NCBI GenBank assembly: GCA_963759805.1
Contig: CAVXAT010000002.1
Span: forward strand, 32,001-96,000
Length of the DNA stretch: 64,000 nucleotides
Direction of reading: 5' to 3'
Source: an uncultured bacterium
GTDB taxonomy: Bacteria > Babelota > Babeliae > Babelales > RVW-14
The position numbers and the translations under genes were made by a program. Positions 39,257 to 49,874 of this stretch are shown one piece after another. How positions within the stretch are numbered: position 1 is the first letter of the stretch; each line of letters begins with the position of its first letter. Below the pieces are notes generated by a model. The model was not told the DNA's origin, searched no databases, and saw only the letters and a program-made list of their open reading frames with translations.

Positions 39257-39494
39257 TTTGAATTTTTTTATTTATCACTTCCCAGCAAATAACATATGTT
39301 GGCTTTCCATTTTTAATATGGCAGTGATAACAATTTTCAGTCCCACCAAGTTTGCTAAAGTTTTTCCAATTATGGCGCAATGGACCTAACTTTCTTATTT
39401 CCTGCACCAAGGTTTGAGCAGCCTCTTGAACGGATATTGGCAAAGCATCAAATTGCTTTCTTGCCTTCTTATTAAAATAGACATTCCAATTCAC
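39210..39494 (-). CDS. RelE/HigB-like toxin
   Basis: W.V.F.KKA.KQ...LP, YHCH....PTYV..W, I.EV.YVGTHE; toxin-first arrangement with an XRE gene. Confidence 0.78.
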   Translation of the reverse strand: MNWNVYFNKKARKQFDALPISVQEAAQTLVQEIRKLGPLRHNWKNFSKLGGTENCYHCHIKNGKPTYVICWEVINKKIQIVEVYYVGTHEKSPY

Positions 39495-39708
39495 AATGCC
39501 TCTTCAAATGGCTAGACCTTCAACGTTTTCACCATGCAACTACTTTAAAAATATATCATTTTTTGGAATAAATCAAACAAAAATCTTTTAGGGTTTTATT
39601 TTAAGAGAGTGTTGTTTATGGGTGTTTTTTTAATACAAGCTTTTTGTTGTGGGTAACATTTTTTTTGGGTTTATTTTAAGGGTTTACTAGCTGTTAAGAG
39701 CTGTATTT

Positions 39709-40049
39709 AACTTCATTTCTTATTTTTCTTACTTCTTCTGCAAACTTAAGCTCTCGCTCTTTTTGGGTTGTACACTTCTCTGAGCTTTCTTAGAAGAGCT
39801 TCATCCGCTTCTCTACGAGCAGTTTCTTCATCTCTTAATTTTTGTAATCTTGCTTCTTCTGCTGCTTGCTGGCGCGCACGTTCTTCTTCTTGAGCTTTAC
39901 TTTAAGAGCAGCTTCCTCCGCTTCTCTACGAGCAGTCTCTTCATCTCTTAATTTTTGTAATCTTGCTTCTTCTGCTGCTTGCTGGCGCGCACGTTCTTCT
40001 TCTTGGGCCATTATTTTAAGACCTTCCTCCACTTCTCTACGAGCAGTTC
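39709..40049 (-). pseudogene. Frameshifted fragment of a coiled-coil repeat gene related to 35754-37133
   Basis: Units at 39805, 39918 and 40029 (periods 113 and 111 bp) encoding EEARLQKLRDEETARREAEE; begins right after the metG stop; no 5' part. Confidence 0.65.
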
Positions 40050-42056
40050 TTAACTAACTCGCGTGCCGTTTTCGACAAAACCGCCAACTGTCAGCATTCT
40101 CATATTCCCAGATTCATCTTTAGCAAACAGCATCATCCCTTGCGACTCTTGACCAAGCATTTTGCGTGGCGCAAGATTGGCCACAAAGATACCCTGCTTG
40201 CCTGCCAAGTCTTCTGATTTGAACCACTGAGCAACGCCTGATAAAATTTGACGTATACCGTGTGGCCCGAGGTCAACTTCAAGTTTTAGCAACTTATCTG
40301 AGCCAGAAATCGGCTGGCAGGTTTTAACTGTACCAACAAGCAGTTGAACTTTGGCAAAATCAGTAATATTTATGATTTCGGTAAGTGACGCTTGAGTAAC
40401 TGCGTTACTTGCAGCAGCTTTGCTTGCAGCGTTTGTTTCAGGTTCTTTTATTCCAACTTTGGATTCTGTCTTTGAATCTTGCAAAACTTGCTCGACATGA
40501 GATTCAGGTCGCACAAAAAGTTGTTCAGATACTGCACGCAGATTAAATGTTTTATTCCACTTACTTTCACGCAGCTCTTGTTCATATTTATTTGCAATAT
40601 TAAAATCATGCCCGAGATGTTTGAGGAGCTCTTCCATTTTTTTAGGCATAACCGGCCAAAGCAAAATAGCAATTTCGTACATACTCTGACAGGCTGTGTA
40701 AATTACCTCTTCAAACAGTTCACGGTTCTGTTTTGCCAAAACCCATGGCTGCATTGTGTGAAAATAGGCATTTACATGTGCAACAAACTTCCACAACTCG
40801 GCAAGTGCAATGTGGGGATGAAGATTGTTCATCTCTTCCCAGTAAACTCTGAACGCCTCTTCGCTTTTTTCTTTAACTGCAGCAGAACGAGGCTCAAGAG
40901 TAGATGGAGCCCTGGATGTGTTCAAATTATTATTTAAAGCCAACGTTAAAGTCCTGCTCAATAAATTACCAACACCATTTGCAAGATCGGCTGTGATGTA
41001 ATTCTCTAGATCTTTCAAATCAAACTGTGAATCTTGGGCAACTGATATATGACGGGCTAAATAGTAACGAACCTGTTCAACGCCATACCAGGTTGCAAGA
41101 TTATCCGGATCAATAACATTGCCACGCGATTTAGACATTTTGTAATCGCCCATGAGAATATACCCATGAACGAGTAATTTTTTAGGTAACGGCAAATTTA
41201 GCGCCATTAAAAATGCAGGCCAGTAAACTGCGTGGAACCTCACGATATCTTTGGCCATTATCTGAATATCTGCAGGAGACCAGAATTTAAAATTCTCTTC
41301 TGCTTTTATACTGTTTTGGCCATAACCAATTGCACTGAGGTAATTAAGTAACGCATCGCCCCAAACGTAAACGGTGTGAGTTGGGTCTCCGGGAAATGGG
41401 ATTCCCCACGTGACATTTTTTCTAGATATACTTAAATCTTTAAGTCCTGATTTTACAAACGAGATAACTTCCTGAAGTCTCTCTTTTGGAGTAATAAAAT
41501 TTGGATTTTCTTCATAAAATTTTAGAAGCTGATCTTGATACGCAGAGAGCCTGAAGAAGTAGCTTTCTTCGGAAACTTCTTTTAACTCGCGCAAACAATT
41601 TGGGCAGACGTTTTTGCCACTTGCGTCCTTTGGAGTTTCAGTATTAATTGTCACAAATGTTTCGCACGGCACGCAGTACATGCCGGTGTAAGATGATTTG
41701 TAAATATCGCCCTGCTCTTGTAATTTTTCGATAAAATATTTTACAGCTTTTTTATGCTCTTCGTCGGTGGTGCGAATAAATTTGTCGTACTCTATCTCAT
41801 AATCTGCCCAGGTTTTTTTGAACTCAGGCACAACAGAATCTACAAACTGCTTTGGTTGTAAGCCGGCTTTATCTGCAGCTTCCTGCAGTTTTTGACCATG
41901 CTCATCTGTTCCTGTTAGAAAGAGAACATTCTTGCCCATAATTTTATTCCACCGGGCAAAAATGTCTGCAAGTAAAGTTGTATAAAGAGTCCCGAGATGC
42001 GGTTTTGAATTTACGTAATAAATTGGCGTTGTGACATAAAATTTATTTCTGTTCAT
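40050..42056 (-). CDS. metG: Methionine--tRNA ligase with C-terminal tRNA-binding domain
   Basis: FYVTTPIYYVN..PHLG, LTGTDEHGQK, KDI.RFH..YWP, KMSKS, NL.PRKM.G..SQGM. Confidence 0.97.
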   Translation of the reverse strand: MNRNKFYVTTPIYYVNSKPHLGTLYTTLLADIFARWNKIMGKNVLFLTGTDEHGQKLQEAADKAGLQPKQFVDSVVPEFKKTWADYEIEYDKFIRTTDEEHKKAVKYFIEKLQEQGDIYKSSYTGMYCVPCETFVTINTETPKDASGKNVCPNCLRELKEVSEESYFFRLSAYQDQLLKFYEENPNFITPKERLQEVISFVKSGLKDLSISRKNVTWGIPFPGDPTHTVYVWGDALLNYLSAIGYGQNSIKAEENFKFWSPADIQIMAKDIVRFHAVYWPAFLMALNLPLPKKLLVHGYILMGDYKMSKSRGNVIDPDNLATWYGVEQVRYYLARHISVAQDSQFDLKDLENYITADLANGVGNLLSRTLTLALNNNLNTSRAPSTLEPRSAAVKEKSEEAFRVYWEEMNNLHPHIALAELWKFVAHVNAYFHTMQPWVLAKQNRELFEEVIYTACQSMYEIAILLWPVMPKKMEELLKHLGHDFNIANKYEQELRESKWNKTFNLRAVSEQLFVRPESHVEQVLQDSKTESKVGIKEPETNAASKAAASNAVTQASLTEIINITDFAKVQLLVGTVKTCQPISGSDKLLKLEVDLGPHGIRQILSGVAQWFKSEDLAGKQGIFVANLAPRKMLGQESQGMMLFAKDESGNMRMLTVGGFVENGTRVS

Positions 42057-43299
42057 TGTTGCTCTCGATAACTATGTTGCTCTCGGTAATCATTCTTCCA
42101 TTATGCTTCCACAATGGTCTGAAAAAACGATCCAAGCGAATTGATTTTGTCCAGAATGTTATTGGATGTTTTATCAACTCAAATAACCAAAAAGCCTCTT
42201 CGCTATCAATAGAATAAATTATAAAACTTGCTCGACCATGGACACGTTCTTTGTCCAAGAAATGCCACCATCTACTATCGCGGCTATTTTTGCGACTATC
42301 TCCCATCATCCAGTACTTCCCTTCAGGAACGGTAAGCGGACCAAACACATCAACGCAGAAAAATGTTCTTGCAGAATAATCAAATCCATATGTTGGGGAG
42401 TATGGCTGTGCGAAAATAGGTTTGCCTGTCTCAGAGTTCATAACAACTTCATCCGGATTTAAACGGTAAAATGGCTGTTCATCAAGGGATTTTGATGTAT
42501 CGAAAGTATACATATAATCATCACGATAAGAAAAACGTAAAAACTCCGGAATAACAAACGGCCCAAATGAATCCAGAGGAATAAGGCCTTTAGGTTTTCG
42601 GCATCTAATCAATGGATATGGATTTACGTACGGCTCATCAAGCTTCTTGCCATTGAGATAAATAACAGGTTTTCCATCCTCAAGTTTACCCTCAATGACA
42701 TCTCCCGGAACGGCTATCACACGCTTGACCCAGTTATCAGGCCCGCCGCTTAAACCTAACAATGGTATGGGAAAACCTATATATCTCTGCCACCAGTATT
42801 TAATAATATTACTTCTATCATATTTAACTTCAGGATTATCAAAAATGACCAGATCTCCACGTTGTGGTTGCGCAAAATAATAAGCCATTTTGTTACCCCA
42901 AATTCTGTCACCAACCAAAATATTTGGCTCAGCAGAACCTGTTGGAACATGATAAAGACCGAATACAAAATTTCTCAAAACAATAGCCAAAACAACGGCA
43001 ATTACAATTGCCTCTACCCACTGTTGCAAAACAGGTTTGGTTATATCATTTAATTTTTTATAAATAGCTTTAAAATCTTTTAATTTGGATTTTAGAATTT
43101 TCTTATCTGCGCCCGGAGTCAAAGCTTCTTGCAATAACGTAGCTGCATAATTTTCGGCTTTTTTGAAAAGCTCCATTGCATTTGCATAATCACTGGTGTA
43201 TTTTTTCTGTCCCCACCTATCTATCACATTTTTGAATTTATCACGCTTTTGCTTATATTTTTCTAGGATGCTCTGAATTTTTATTTTAAGTTTTTCCAT
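42043..43299 (-). CDS. lepB: Signal peptidase I with N-terminal helical extension
   Basis: VPTGSAEP.ILVGD, RGD.VIF, VKRVIA.PGD, MMGD.R.NS.DSR. Confidence 0.9.
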   Translation of the reverse strand: MEKLKIKIQSILEKYKQKRDKFKNVIDRWGQKKYTSDYANAMELFKKAENYAATLLQEALTPGADKKILKSKLKDFKAIYKKLNDITKPVLQQWVEAIVIAVVLAIVLRNFVFGLYHVPTGSAEPNILVGDRIWGNKMAYYFAQPQRGDLVIFDNPEVKYDRSNIIKYWWQRYIGFPIPLLGLSGGPDNWVKRVIAVPGDVIEGKLEDGKPVIYLNGKKLDEPYVNPYPLIRCRKPKGLIPLDSFGPFVIPEFLRFSYRDDYMYTFDTSKSLDEQPFYRLNPDEVVMNSETGKPIFAQPYSPTYGFDYSARTFFCVDVFGPLTVPEGKYWMMGDSRKNSRDSRWWHFLDKERVHGRASFIIYSIDSEEAFWLFELIKHPITFWTKSIRLDRFFRPLWKHNGRMITESNIVIESNNEQK

Positions 43300-43341
43300 A
43301 TTAGTACCTAACTTTTACTAAGTTTTTCAAAATTCCTACCC

Positions 43342-44475
43342 TCAGGAAAACCTCACGCCCAACCAGATAGAGTCTACTCTATCAAGAGAAATTTCATTGT
43401 TTATTAAGTGAAGTTTATCAAACATCTCATCTTTAGGGAAAAAATTAGAATTTTCCGGTTTTTTTTCGTCAATTGCAGATGCATTGCTTGCATTAGTTCC
43501 ATACAAGCTTGCGTGGAATAACTCTATTTTTTTCGAAATCAAAAAATCTATAAATTTATGCACCATATCGGATTTTTGAGTTTTTGCCGGTATAGCAATA
43601 TTTTCAATTACCATTATGCTACCATCTTTTGGAATTTGAAAAACAAATTGATCACTAATTTCCAGCAATTTTCTCATTCTATGGCTTGAAATTAAAGCAA
43701 CCGATGCAAGCCCACCGGTAAGACAGTAAGGTGTACCAACATCAGTGTAACTTTCTACCCAGTTTTTCTGCTTACTTAACAAGTCTTGAATCTCATTCAA
43801 TTCGGTATCTGTCAGATTTTTGGTTCGCCCGTAAAGATATATCGCAGCCAAATAAACCATATCCCGCGGATCTTGAGCCATACAAATACGGTAATGTTTT
43901 TTAACTACGTCGGCAATTACAAGATCCCAAGGATCCTTAAAAAGCATATTCAAACCGGCTTGTTTAAAATTTTCACCCACAAGATCTTTATCATAAGCAA
44001 TTCCATAAACAAGCCAACAGATTGGAACAGAGTATTTATTCTCAGGATCAAAATACTTACCCAACAAGCGCGAATCAAGTTCTTTAAAGTTTGACAATTT
44101 AGAGTGATCAATCTCTTGTAACATTCCGTCTTTTCGCATCAGCTCAACCATGTAATCAGACGGTGTAATTAGATCGTACCCCTCCCCCTTATTTATCTTA
44201 AATTTGGCATAAAGCTCCTCATCAAACTCAAAGTACTGAATTCTGACTTTAATGCCGGTATCATGCTCAAACTCCTTAATCGCTTCAGGGGAGATAAATT
44301 CGGTAAATGAGTATACGTTAATAGATTTTCCATCCGCAAAGTATTCAAAAATCCGAGGCGAATACAGTAAACATGCGATTATCGCAAGATAAATGAAAGC
44401 AATAACAATCTTGCGATGCCAATTATCATAAAAATTGTCACAAAATTTTTTAAAAGAGCTAAAAAAATTATTCAT
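43342..44475 (-). CDS. potD: Spermidine/putrescine ABC transporter substrate-binding protein
   Basis: FE..TGIKV, GYDLI.PSDYMV..M, FDP.NKYSVP; operon context. Confidence 0.85.
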   Translation of the reverse strand: MNNFFSSFKKFCDNFYDNWHRKIVIAFIYLAIIACLLYSPRIFEYFADGKSINVYSFTEFISPEAIKEFEHDTGIKVRIQYFEFDEELYAKFKINKGEGYDLITPSDYMVELMRKDGMLQEIDHSKLSNFKELDSRLLGKYFDPENKYSVPICWLVYGIAYDKDLVGENFKQAGLNMLFKDPWDLVIADVVKKHYRICMAQDPRDMVYLAAIYLYGRTKNLTDTELNEIQDLLSKQKNWVESYTDVGTPYCLTGGLASVALISSHRMRKLLEISDQFVFQIPKDGSIMVIENIAIPAKTQKSDMVHKFIDFLISKKIELFHASLYGTNASNASAIDEKKPENSNFFPKDEMFDKLHLINNEISLDRVDSIWLGVRFS

Positions 44476-45265
44476 TTGAGACTACCAAATCAAGAACTTT
44501 TAAATAAGATAAGATTAGTATTAACAAACTACTTAAGGCCAAAAATATTGCTGAGACGGCGTTAATTGTAGGATCAACTCCCCCCTTGATCATTGAATAA
44601 ACATAAACTGAAAGTGTTTGGATTTTAGGACCCGAGCAGAAAAATGCTATCATAAAATCATCCAGAGATAATGTAAAAACCAGCAGGCTAGATGCTACAA
44701 TTGACGGCATTAAAAGCGGCAGCAGCACCTTTCTAAATGTTTGGCCATAGGTTGCACCAAGATCCAGCGATGCCTCTGTTAATATCGGATCAAGCTCCAC
44801 AAATCTTGCTCTGACAACCGGAATTACAAAGCCAAGTCCAATAATAGTGTGTCCGGTAATAAGACTCAAATATCCAAGCGGAATTTGAAAAAATGTAAAT
44901 ATACTTAAAATACCAATTGCCATCACAATTTCAGGCAGCAAAATATTCCCATAAAAAATCCACGAAATGTAATCTGATTTTTTCCACACACTTGCAACAA
45001 CAAATAACGTCCCTATGATAACACTGAGCAGTGTGGCAAAAAATGCAACAAGCAGAGAAACCGTAAGCGCATCCAAAATTTCAGGAGTTTGGAAAAGCTT
45101 TTGATACCAATGCAACGAAAAACCTTCCCATCGCACAGAAATTCTGCTTTTGTTAAAAGAAAAAAGCACCATAACTATGATAGGTAGATACAAAAAAAGA
45201 TAGATCATGCCGACAAAAACCGGCTGCAATAATTTTGAAAATCTATTCTTACCTTCGTTTATCAT
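44468..45265 (-). CDS. potC: Spermidine/putrescine ABC permease
   Basis: FLYLPI....FSFN, EAS.DLGA, FTLSLDDF, PTINA. Confidence 0.88.
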   Translation of the reverse strand: MINEGKNRFSKLLQPVFVGMIYLFLYLPIIVMVLFSFNKSRISVRWEGFSLHWYQKLFQTPEILDALTVSLLVAFFATLLSVIIGTLFVVASVWKKSDYISWIFYGNILLPEIVMAIGILSIFTFFQIPLGYLSLITGHTIIGLGFVIPVVRARFVELDPILTEASLDLGATYGQTFRKVLLPLLMPSIVASSLLVFTLSLDDFMIAFFCSGPKIQTLSVYVYSMIKGGVDPTINAVSAIFLALSSLLILILSYLKVLDLVVSNE

Positions 45266-45273
45266 TTAACTTC

Positions 45274-46146
45274 CTAGTTTACACGACGCAAACGTTTTAA
45301 AAGTTTTCCAATCACCATGCTACCTAAAATAATCAGGACAGAAAGCATAATTCCGGTAATGGCCAGAGCAGATCCAAACGACCAATCGCGAGCTCTTAAA
45401 AATTTATCAACAATCAAACTACCCCAAACTACATAAGTTGAGCCACCAAGTAGCGATGGAATGGCAAACTCCCCAAAAACTGGGACGAAGACCAATAAAA
45501 ATCCGGTGTAAACTCCCGGTAAAGAGAGCGGGAAGATAATTCGTTTAAATGTTTCAAACTTATTTGCACCCAAATCAGCAGATGCTTCAAGCAGGCGCGG
45601 GTCCATTTTGTCCAAAAGCACATAAATCGGTAAAATCATAAATGGCAAAAAACACGAAACCAATCCAACCATAATTGAAAAATAATTATTAAGAAGATGC
45701 ATTGATTTTGGAACAAGTCCAATCCAGTGTAATGTCCTACTGACAAGTCCATCCTTTTCAAGGAGAAAAAACCAGGCATAAATTTGAACAACCAGACTAG
45801 TCCATGATGGCAAAATTAACGAAAAGAGTAGAAAAGTTCTAAACCGCTTTTTAACCTTTATTGCAAGAAAATAGGCAACAGGATAGGCTATTATAAAACA
45901 TATAAAAGTAGCAGTGAATGCAAGCTTTAACGAATTAAGTATAACTTTAAAATAGAGAGAATTAAAGACCTGCCCATAATAATGCAACGTAAAAAACCAA
46001 ACATTTGTTTGGGCTGAAATTTCAAAAAAACTGTACAAAGCAAGAACAAGTAATGGAAGATACAAAAATATGCACTCCCACAGTAGCGCAGGACAAGAAA
46101 AAATAAAGGCAATCTCTTCAGAAAAAATTTTACGTAATGTCTTCAT
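45274..46146 (-). CDS. potB: Spermidine/putrescine ABC permease
   Basis: AYPVAY, LP.WTS, LPFMILPIY, LLEAS.DLGA, P.LLGG. Confidence 0.88.
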   Translation of the reverse strand: MKTLRKIFSEEIAFIFSCPALLWECIFLYLPLLVLALYSFFEISAQTNVWFFTLHYYGQVFNSLYFKVILNSLKLAFTATFICFIIAYPVAYFLAIKVKKRFRTFLLFSLILPSWTSLVVQIYAWFFLLEKDGLVSRTLHWIGLVPKSMHLLNNYFSIMVGLVSCFLPFMILPIYVLLDKMDPRLLEASADLGANKFETFKRIIFPLSLPGVYTGFLLVFVPVFGEFAIPSLLGGSTYVVWGSLIVDKFLRARDWSFGSALAITGIMLSVLIILGSMVIGKLLKRLRRVN

Positions 46147-47240
46147 TAACTCTCCAATAACACTATGTTCTCTTTTTGGAAATATAAATGGACATTATCA
46201 TCGTAATCAATACTCTCTTGAGGAAAATGTTCTTCATTCTGCTCAAAAACCATCAATCTCAAGCCATTTTTTAATTTAACGTTGTACTGCGTAGTACGAC
46301 CGTAATAAATTATATCAACGACAGTTCCCTGTAAGTGATTTGAAAATTCAGAGCGCTCTTTTTTGCTTATAAAAATTTTTTCAGGACGAATGCTCATGAA
46401 AACGTTGCTCGAGGAGTTAATAAAAGATTTTTCAGGCGTTAAATAAACACTGAAAAGCCCTAGACCGTCAACCTCAACAAACTGTCCAGCCTCGGACTGC
46501 TCAAGCTTGCCTTCAATTATGTTTGTGTTTCCCACAAAATTTGCAACAAAACGTGATGCCGGAAATTCATAAATTTGCTTTGGCGTACCAACCTGCTCAA
46601 TACCCCCATTCATGTTCATAATCGCCATTTTATCCGCAACAGTCAATGCTTCGAACTGATCATGCGTTACGTAAACAAATGTGGTTTTGAGTTTATCTTG
46701 TAAGTCAATTAACTCAAGTAACATCTCTTCTTTAAGTTTTAGATCAAGAGCAGCAAGCGGCTCATCCAAAAGCAGCACTGCAGGACGGTTAACAATTGCT
46801 CGCGCAAGAGCAACACGCTGTTGCTGTCCTCCGGAAAGACTTCGTGGATATTTACCCTCGTGACCAAAAAGTCTAACCATTTTTAAGACTTCATAAGCTC
46901 TCTCTTTAACTTCATCATTTTTTATGCCTTTGACCCGCATACTGTAAGCAACATTTTCAAAGACCGTTAAATGAGGGAAAAGGGCATACTGCTGAAACAC
47001 GGTGTTTATACTGCGCGTGTAAATCGGCTGATATGTTACCTCCTGATCACCAAGAAAAATTTTTCCGGAGTCAACAGTATCTAAACCCGCAAGTATACGT
47101 AATACAGTTGTTTTACCACACCCGCTTGGCCCAAGTAACGCAAAAAACCGTCCCGCAGGAATTTCTAAATTCAAGCGATCTAAAATTAATTCACCGTCAA
47201 ACGATTTTGAAACATTTTCAAATCTAATACTTCTCATCAA
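46146..47240 (-). CDS. potA: Spermidine/putrescine ABC ATPase
   Basis: GPSGCGKTT, LSGGQQQRVALARA, LLLDEPL, YVTHDQ, TOBE-like tail. Confidence 0.92.
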   Translation of the reverse strand: MMRSIRFENVSKSFDGELILDRLNLEIPAGRFFALLGPSGCGKTTVLRILAGLDTVDSGKIFLGDQEVTYQPIYTRSINTVFQQYALFPHLTVFENVAYSMRVKGIKNDEVKERAYEVLKMVRLFGHEGKYPRSLSGGQQQRVALARAIVNRPAVLLLDEPLAALDLKLKEEMLLELIDLQDKLKTTFVYVTHDQFEALTVADKMAIMNMNGGIEQVGTPKQIYEFPASRFVANFVGNTNIIEGKLEQSEAGQFVEVDGLGLFSVYLTPEKSFINSSSNVFMSIRPEKIFISKKERSEFSNHLQGTVVDIIYYGRTTQYNVKLKNGLRLMVFEQNEEHFPQESIDYDDNVHLYFQKENIVLLES

Positions 47241-47968
47241 CCATCCCTTTTGTTCTTCCTGTTACCAAAACGAGCAAAAAATACCGGAACAACAATATCA
47301 GACATGATACATGGAATAAGTACAGCAAAAACTAGATATAAAAATACAAACCCCATTTTTTTCCACCAATCATTAAAACCAAAGCTGATCAGATATAGCA
47401 ATCCGGCCATTGAGCTAACAAAAATATGGGCAAAATGAAATCCAAGCGAATAAAACATCTGTTTACTGTGCGCATGCGCACTCATCACCCAGCCATTAAC
47501 AACGCCTCCGATAAGAAATGGGAAGACCGTATCAATATGCCTTATAAAACACCAATGAAAATGCATATCCAATCCTAATATTTTGCCGCCAATGTAGGGA
47601 AGGAATGCATCAGAAATCGTACAAAAAACAGCAGGAACGGTAAAACCAACTAACACGCTTGCAAGAAAATTATTCGAATACCGCCTGAACATCAAAATTG
47701 TACCGCTAGCAGCAAAAAGTATGTGCAGAAAATGGAAGTTGTGAAAAAGTCGGTAGGCAACTTCCTCAACAACTTCAACTTTTGGATATGAGATAAAACT
47801 CGTGACCACCATCGCCATAGCAACAGAAAAAATTGCATATGGAAAATGACAGAATATCTCATCTTTTAAAGAATGATGATGTACGAAAATTTTCTCATTT
47901 TTATTTGCATCTAAATTGTCATGTAAATGATCATGATTGCAACATGAATCGCCCATCTTTTTACACAT
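47237..47968 (-). CDS. His-rich multi-pass membrane protein of unknown function
   Basis: HHHSLK.E...H.P, FH.FHFLH, CT.SD...PY, PC..SDIVVP; about 6 TMs. Confidence 0.7.
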   Translation of the reverse strand: MCKKMGDSCCNHDHLHDNLDANKNEKIFVHHHSLKDEIFCHFPYAIFSVAMAMVVTSFISYPKVEVVEEVAYRLFHNFHFLHILFAASGTILMFRRYSNNFLASVLVGFTVPAVFCTISDAFLPYIGGKILGLDMHFHWCFIRHIDTVFPFLIGGVVNGWVMSAHAHSKQMFYSLGFHFAHIFVSSMAGLLYLISFGFNDWWKKMGFVFLYLVFAVLIPCIMSDIVVPVFFARFGNRKNKRDG

Positions 47969-48263
47969 CCCTTTTAAATTAAAACATTAATTTTATTAAA
48001 CATCAAACTGTTCGGCTTCCTACACTACACACAACTGTGGTAGAAATTGTCAATATAATTATTTACTGAGTAAAGTAAAGAAAGATTTTAAACCCAAAAA
48101 CTAAGTCCCAAACTAAGTTAAAAATCAAGTCCAAAACCAAGTCTCTGTACAACCCCACTTTAAGTCCCCAAATACAAGCTAATTATAAATTTATTATAAA
48201 GTCGATTAAGTATTTAGCAAACGGTATTTGGACCTGAATTAAACGATTTTTAGCAAGCACCTC

Positions 48264-49415
48264 TTAGATCATCCATGCAGGCAAGAAAAGTATACGATTT
48301 TCTTGATCGAATGAAAGAGGCCCCATGTAGCAAAAAACCCCAATAGGAGCTTCTGGAACAGCTGTCATGAAACCTTTGAGGTTATTGAACTTTTTGATTT
48401 CAATCTGAGAAGCATATGTTATTTTGAACGGAATGACTTGCCTTCCGAGTGTGACAACAAAATCAACTTCAGCCCCACCGGCAGTTCGCCAGAAATAGAT
48501 TTGACGATTTTCAGATTGTGTGTCAAGCCACGCTTGAATCTCATTAAGAAACCAGTTTTCAAATCTATGACCTATCAGGCTGGTGTTTTTTAAAATAGCA
48601 AAGTCATGGATACCGGTCAGATAGCTAATCAAGCCATTATTGATTAAATAACCCTTTGGAGATTTCACCAGTCGTTTAATAGAGCTTTTGATGTAAGGGA
48701 ACAGCTCGGTGTACTGCAGCGTAGCTAGTAAGTAATCTCGATACTTCAAGAGTGTACCTCTTGAACAGTGCAATGCATCTATAATTTTTTTGTCATCTCT
48801 AACTGATCCGGTAACTTCGGCACAAATTTTCATCAGATTCTGATACATGTGCAAATCTCCGATTGAATCAATTGCTCGAATATCCTTTTCCAGATAAGTT
48901 TGAAGATAATCACCCAGATATTTTAAACGAGATACCTCCGAGTCGGCTTCTATGACTTCTGGAAGCCCACCCCAGATAAGATGGTTTTGTAAAGATTCTT
49001 GCAAGATGTTTTGAAAAGGACGAACATTCTCAACAATTTCTTCCAGTACCTGCATATCTTTGGCATTAAAAATTATATCAAAAACGTTCTGAGAAGGCAG
49101 TGAAACGTTCTGATGCAGCAAAAGTGTCATTTCTCTAAGGTTAAATTCTCGCAGGCTCAAAAGCTCTACCCTACCAGCCAAGGACTCTGCTGTCAGTTTA
49201 TGCAAATTGAGATGTGCTGAGCCGGTAAGAATAAATTTGATATGATCTTTCCCCTTATGAGCATCGTATACAATCTTTATTTGATCGAACAACTGAGGAC
49301 ATTTCTGCGCTTCATCAATAAAAACCCACAGTTTTTTTGCCCACCGATCTTTTGCAATGCGGCTTGTTCAATCATAAGCTCAAGTTCTTCGGCTGCAACT
49401 CTGTTTCTAAAGCCC
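48264..49415 (-). pseudogene. Truncated, frameshifted AAA_14/DUF4143-type ATPase
   Basis: Walker B VFIDEAQK lies upstream of the called TTG start; frameshift at the A7 run near 49332-49338; no Walker A found; C-terminal ExK motif degenerate (IPFKIT). Confidence 0.7.
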
Positions 49416-49515
49416 CGTATACCACATTGATTTTTTGTAGCTTTCGAGCTACAATCAAATTATGAATTATATAACGATCGAAACCTATACCACATCTTCC
49501 GGCAGGGATAAGACC

Positions 49516-49824
49516 ATGAAAAAACGACCAACAACAAGTTATCAAGAAGATTTAATCAAAGAATTGCAAAATCCAACCGAAGCAATAGCCTATTTAAATG
49601 CAGCACTCATGGATGAAGATGCACGCATCTTTTTGGTGGCACTCAAAAATGTTCTTGAGGCTCAGGGGCTTGGTGTGGCTGATGTTGCAACAGCTACAAA
49701 TCTCAACCGCGAAAACCTCTATCGCATGCTTTCAAAAAGGGGTAATCCAAAATTAACAAGCATAATTCCCGTACTGCATTCCCTTGGTTTTAATTTGGCA
49801 ATTCAGCCATATCGTCACAAATAA
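49516..49824 (+). CDS. Putative addiction-module antidote HTH protein (HI1420-like)
   Basis: L..P.EA.AYLNAAL......FL.AL..V..A.G....VA..T.LNRE.LYR.LS..GNP.L. Confidence 0.82.
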   Translation: MKKRPTTSYQEDLIKELQNPTEAIAYLNAALMDEDARIFLVALKNVLEAQGLGVADVATATNLNRENLYRMLSKRGNPKLTSIIPVLHSLGFNLAIQPYRHK

Positions 49825-49874
49825 TCCAATATCCACAAACATTGCATTTTCGCAGGCCACCAGCATCTTTTGCT

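Noticed and set aside
48096..48145. Degenerate 12-13-bp repeats (aaaactaagtc-like) in an intergenic region
   Set aside because: Low-complexity, AT-rich and irregular; no function can be supported
22651..48163. Shared 11-mer ccccactttaa near 22653 and 48153 as possible att sites
   Set aside because: Too short, encloses core genes (metG, lepB, pot) and no integrase is nearby
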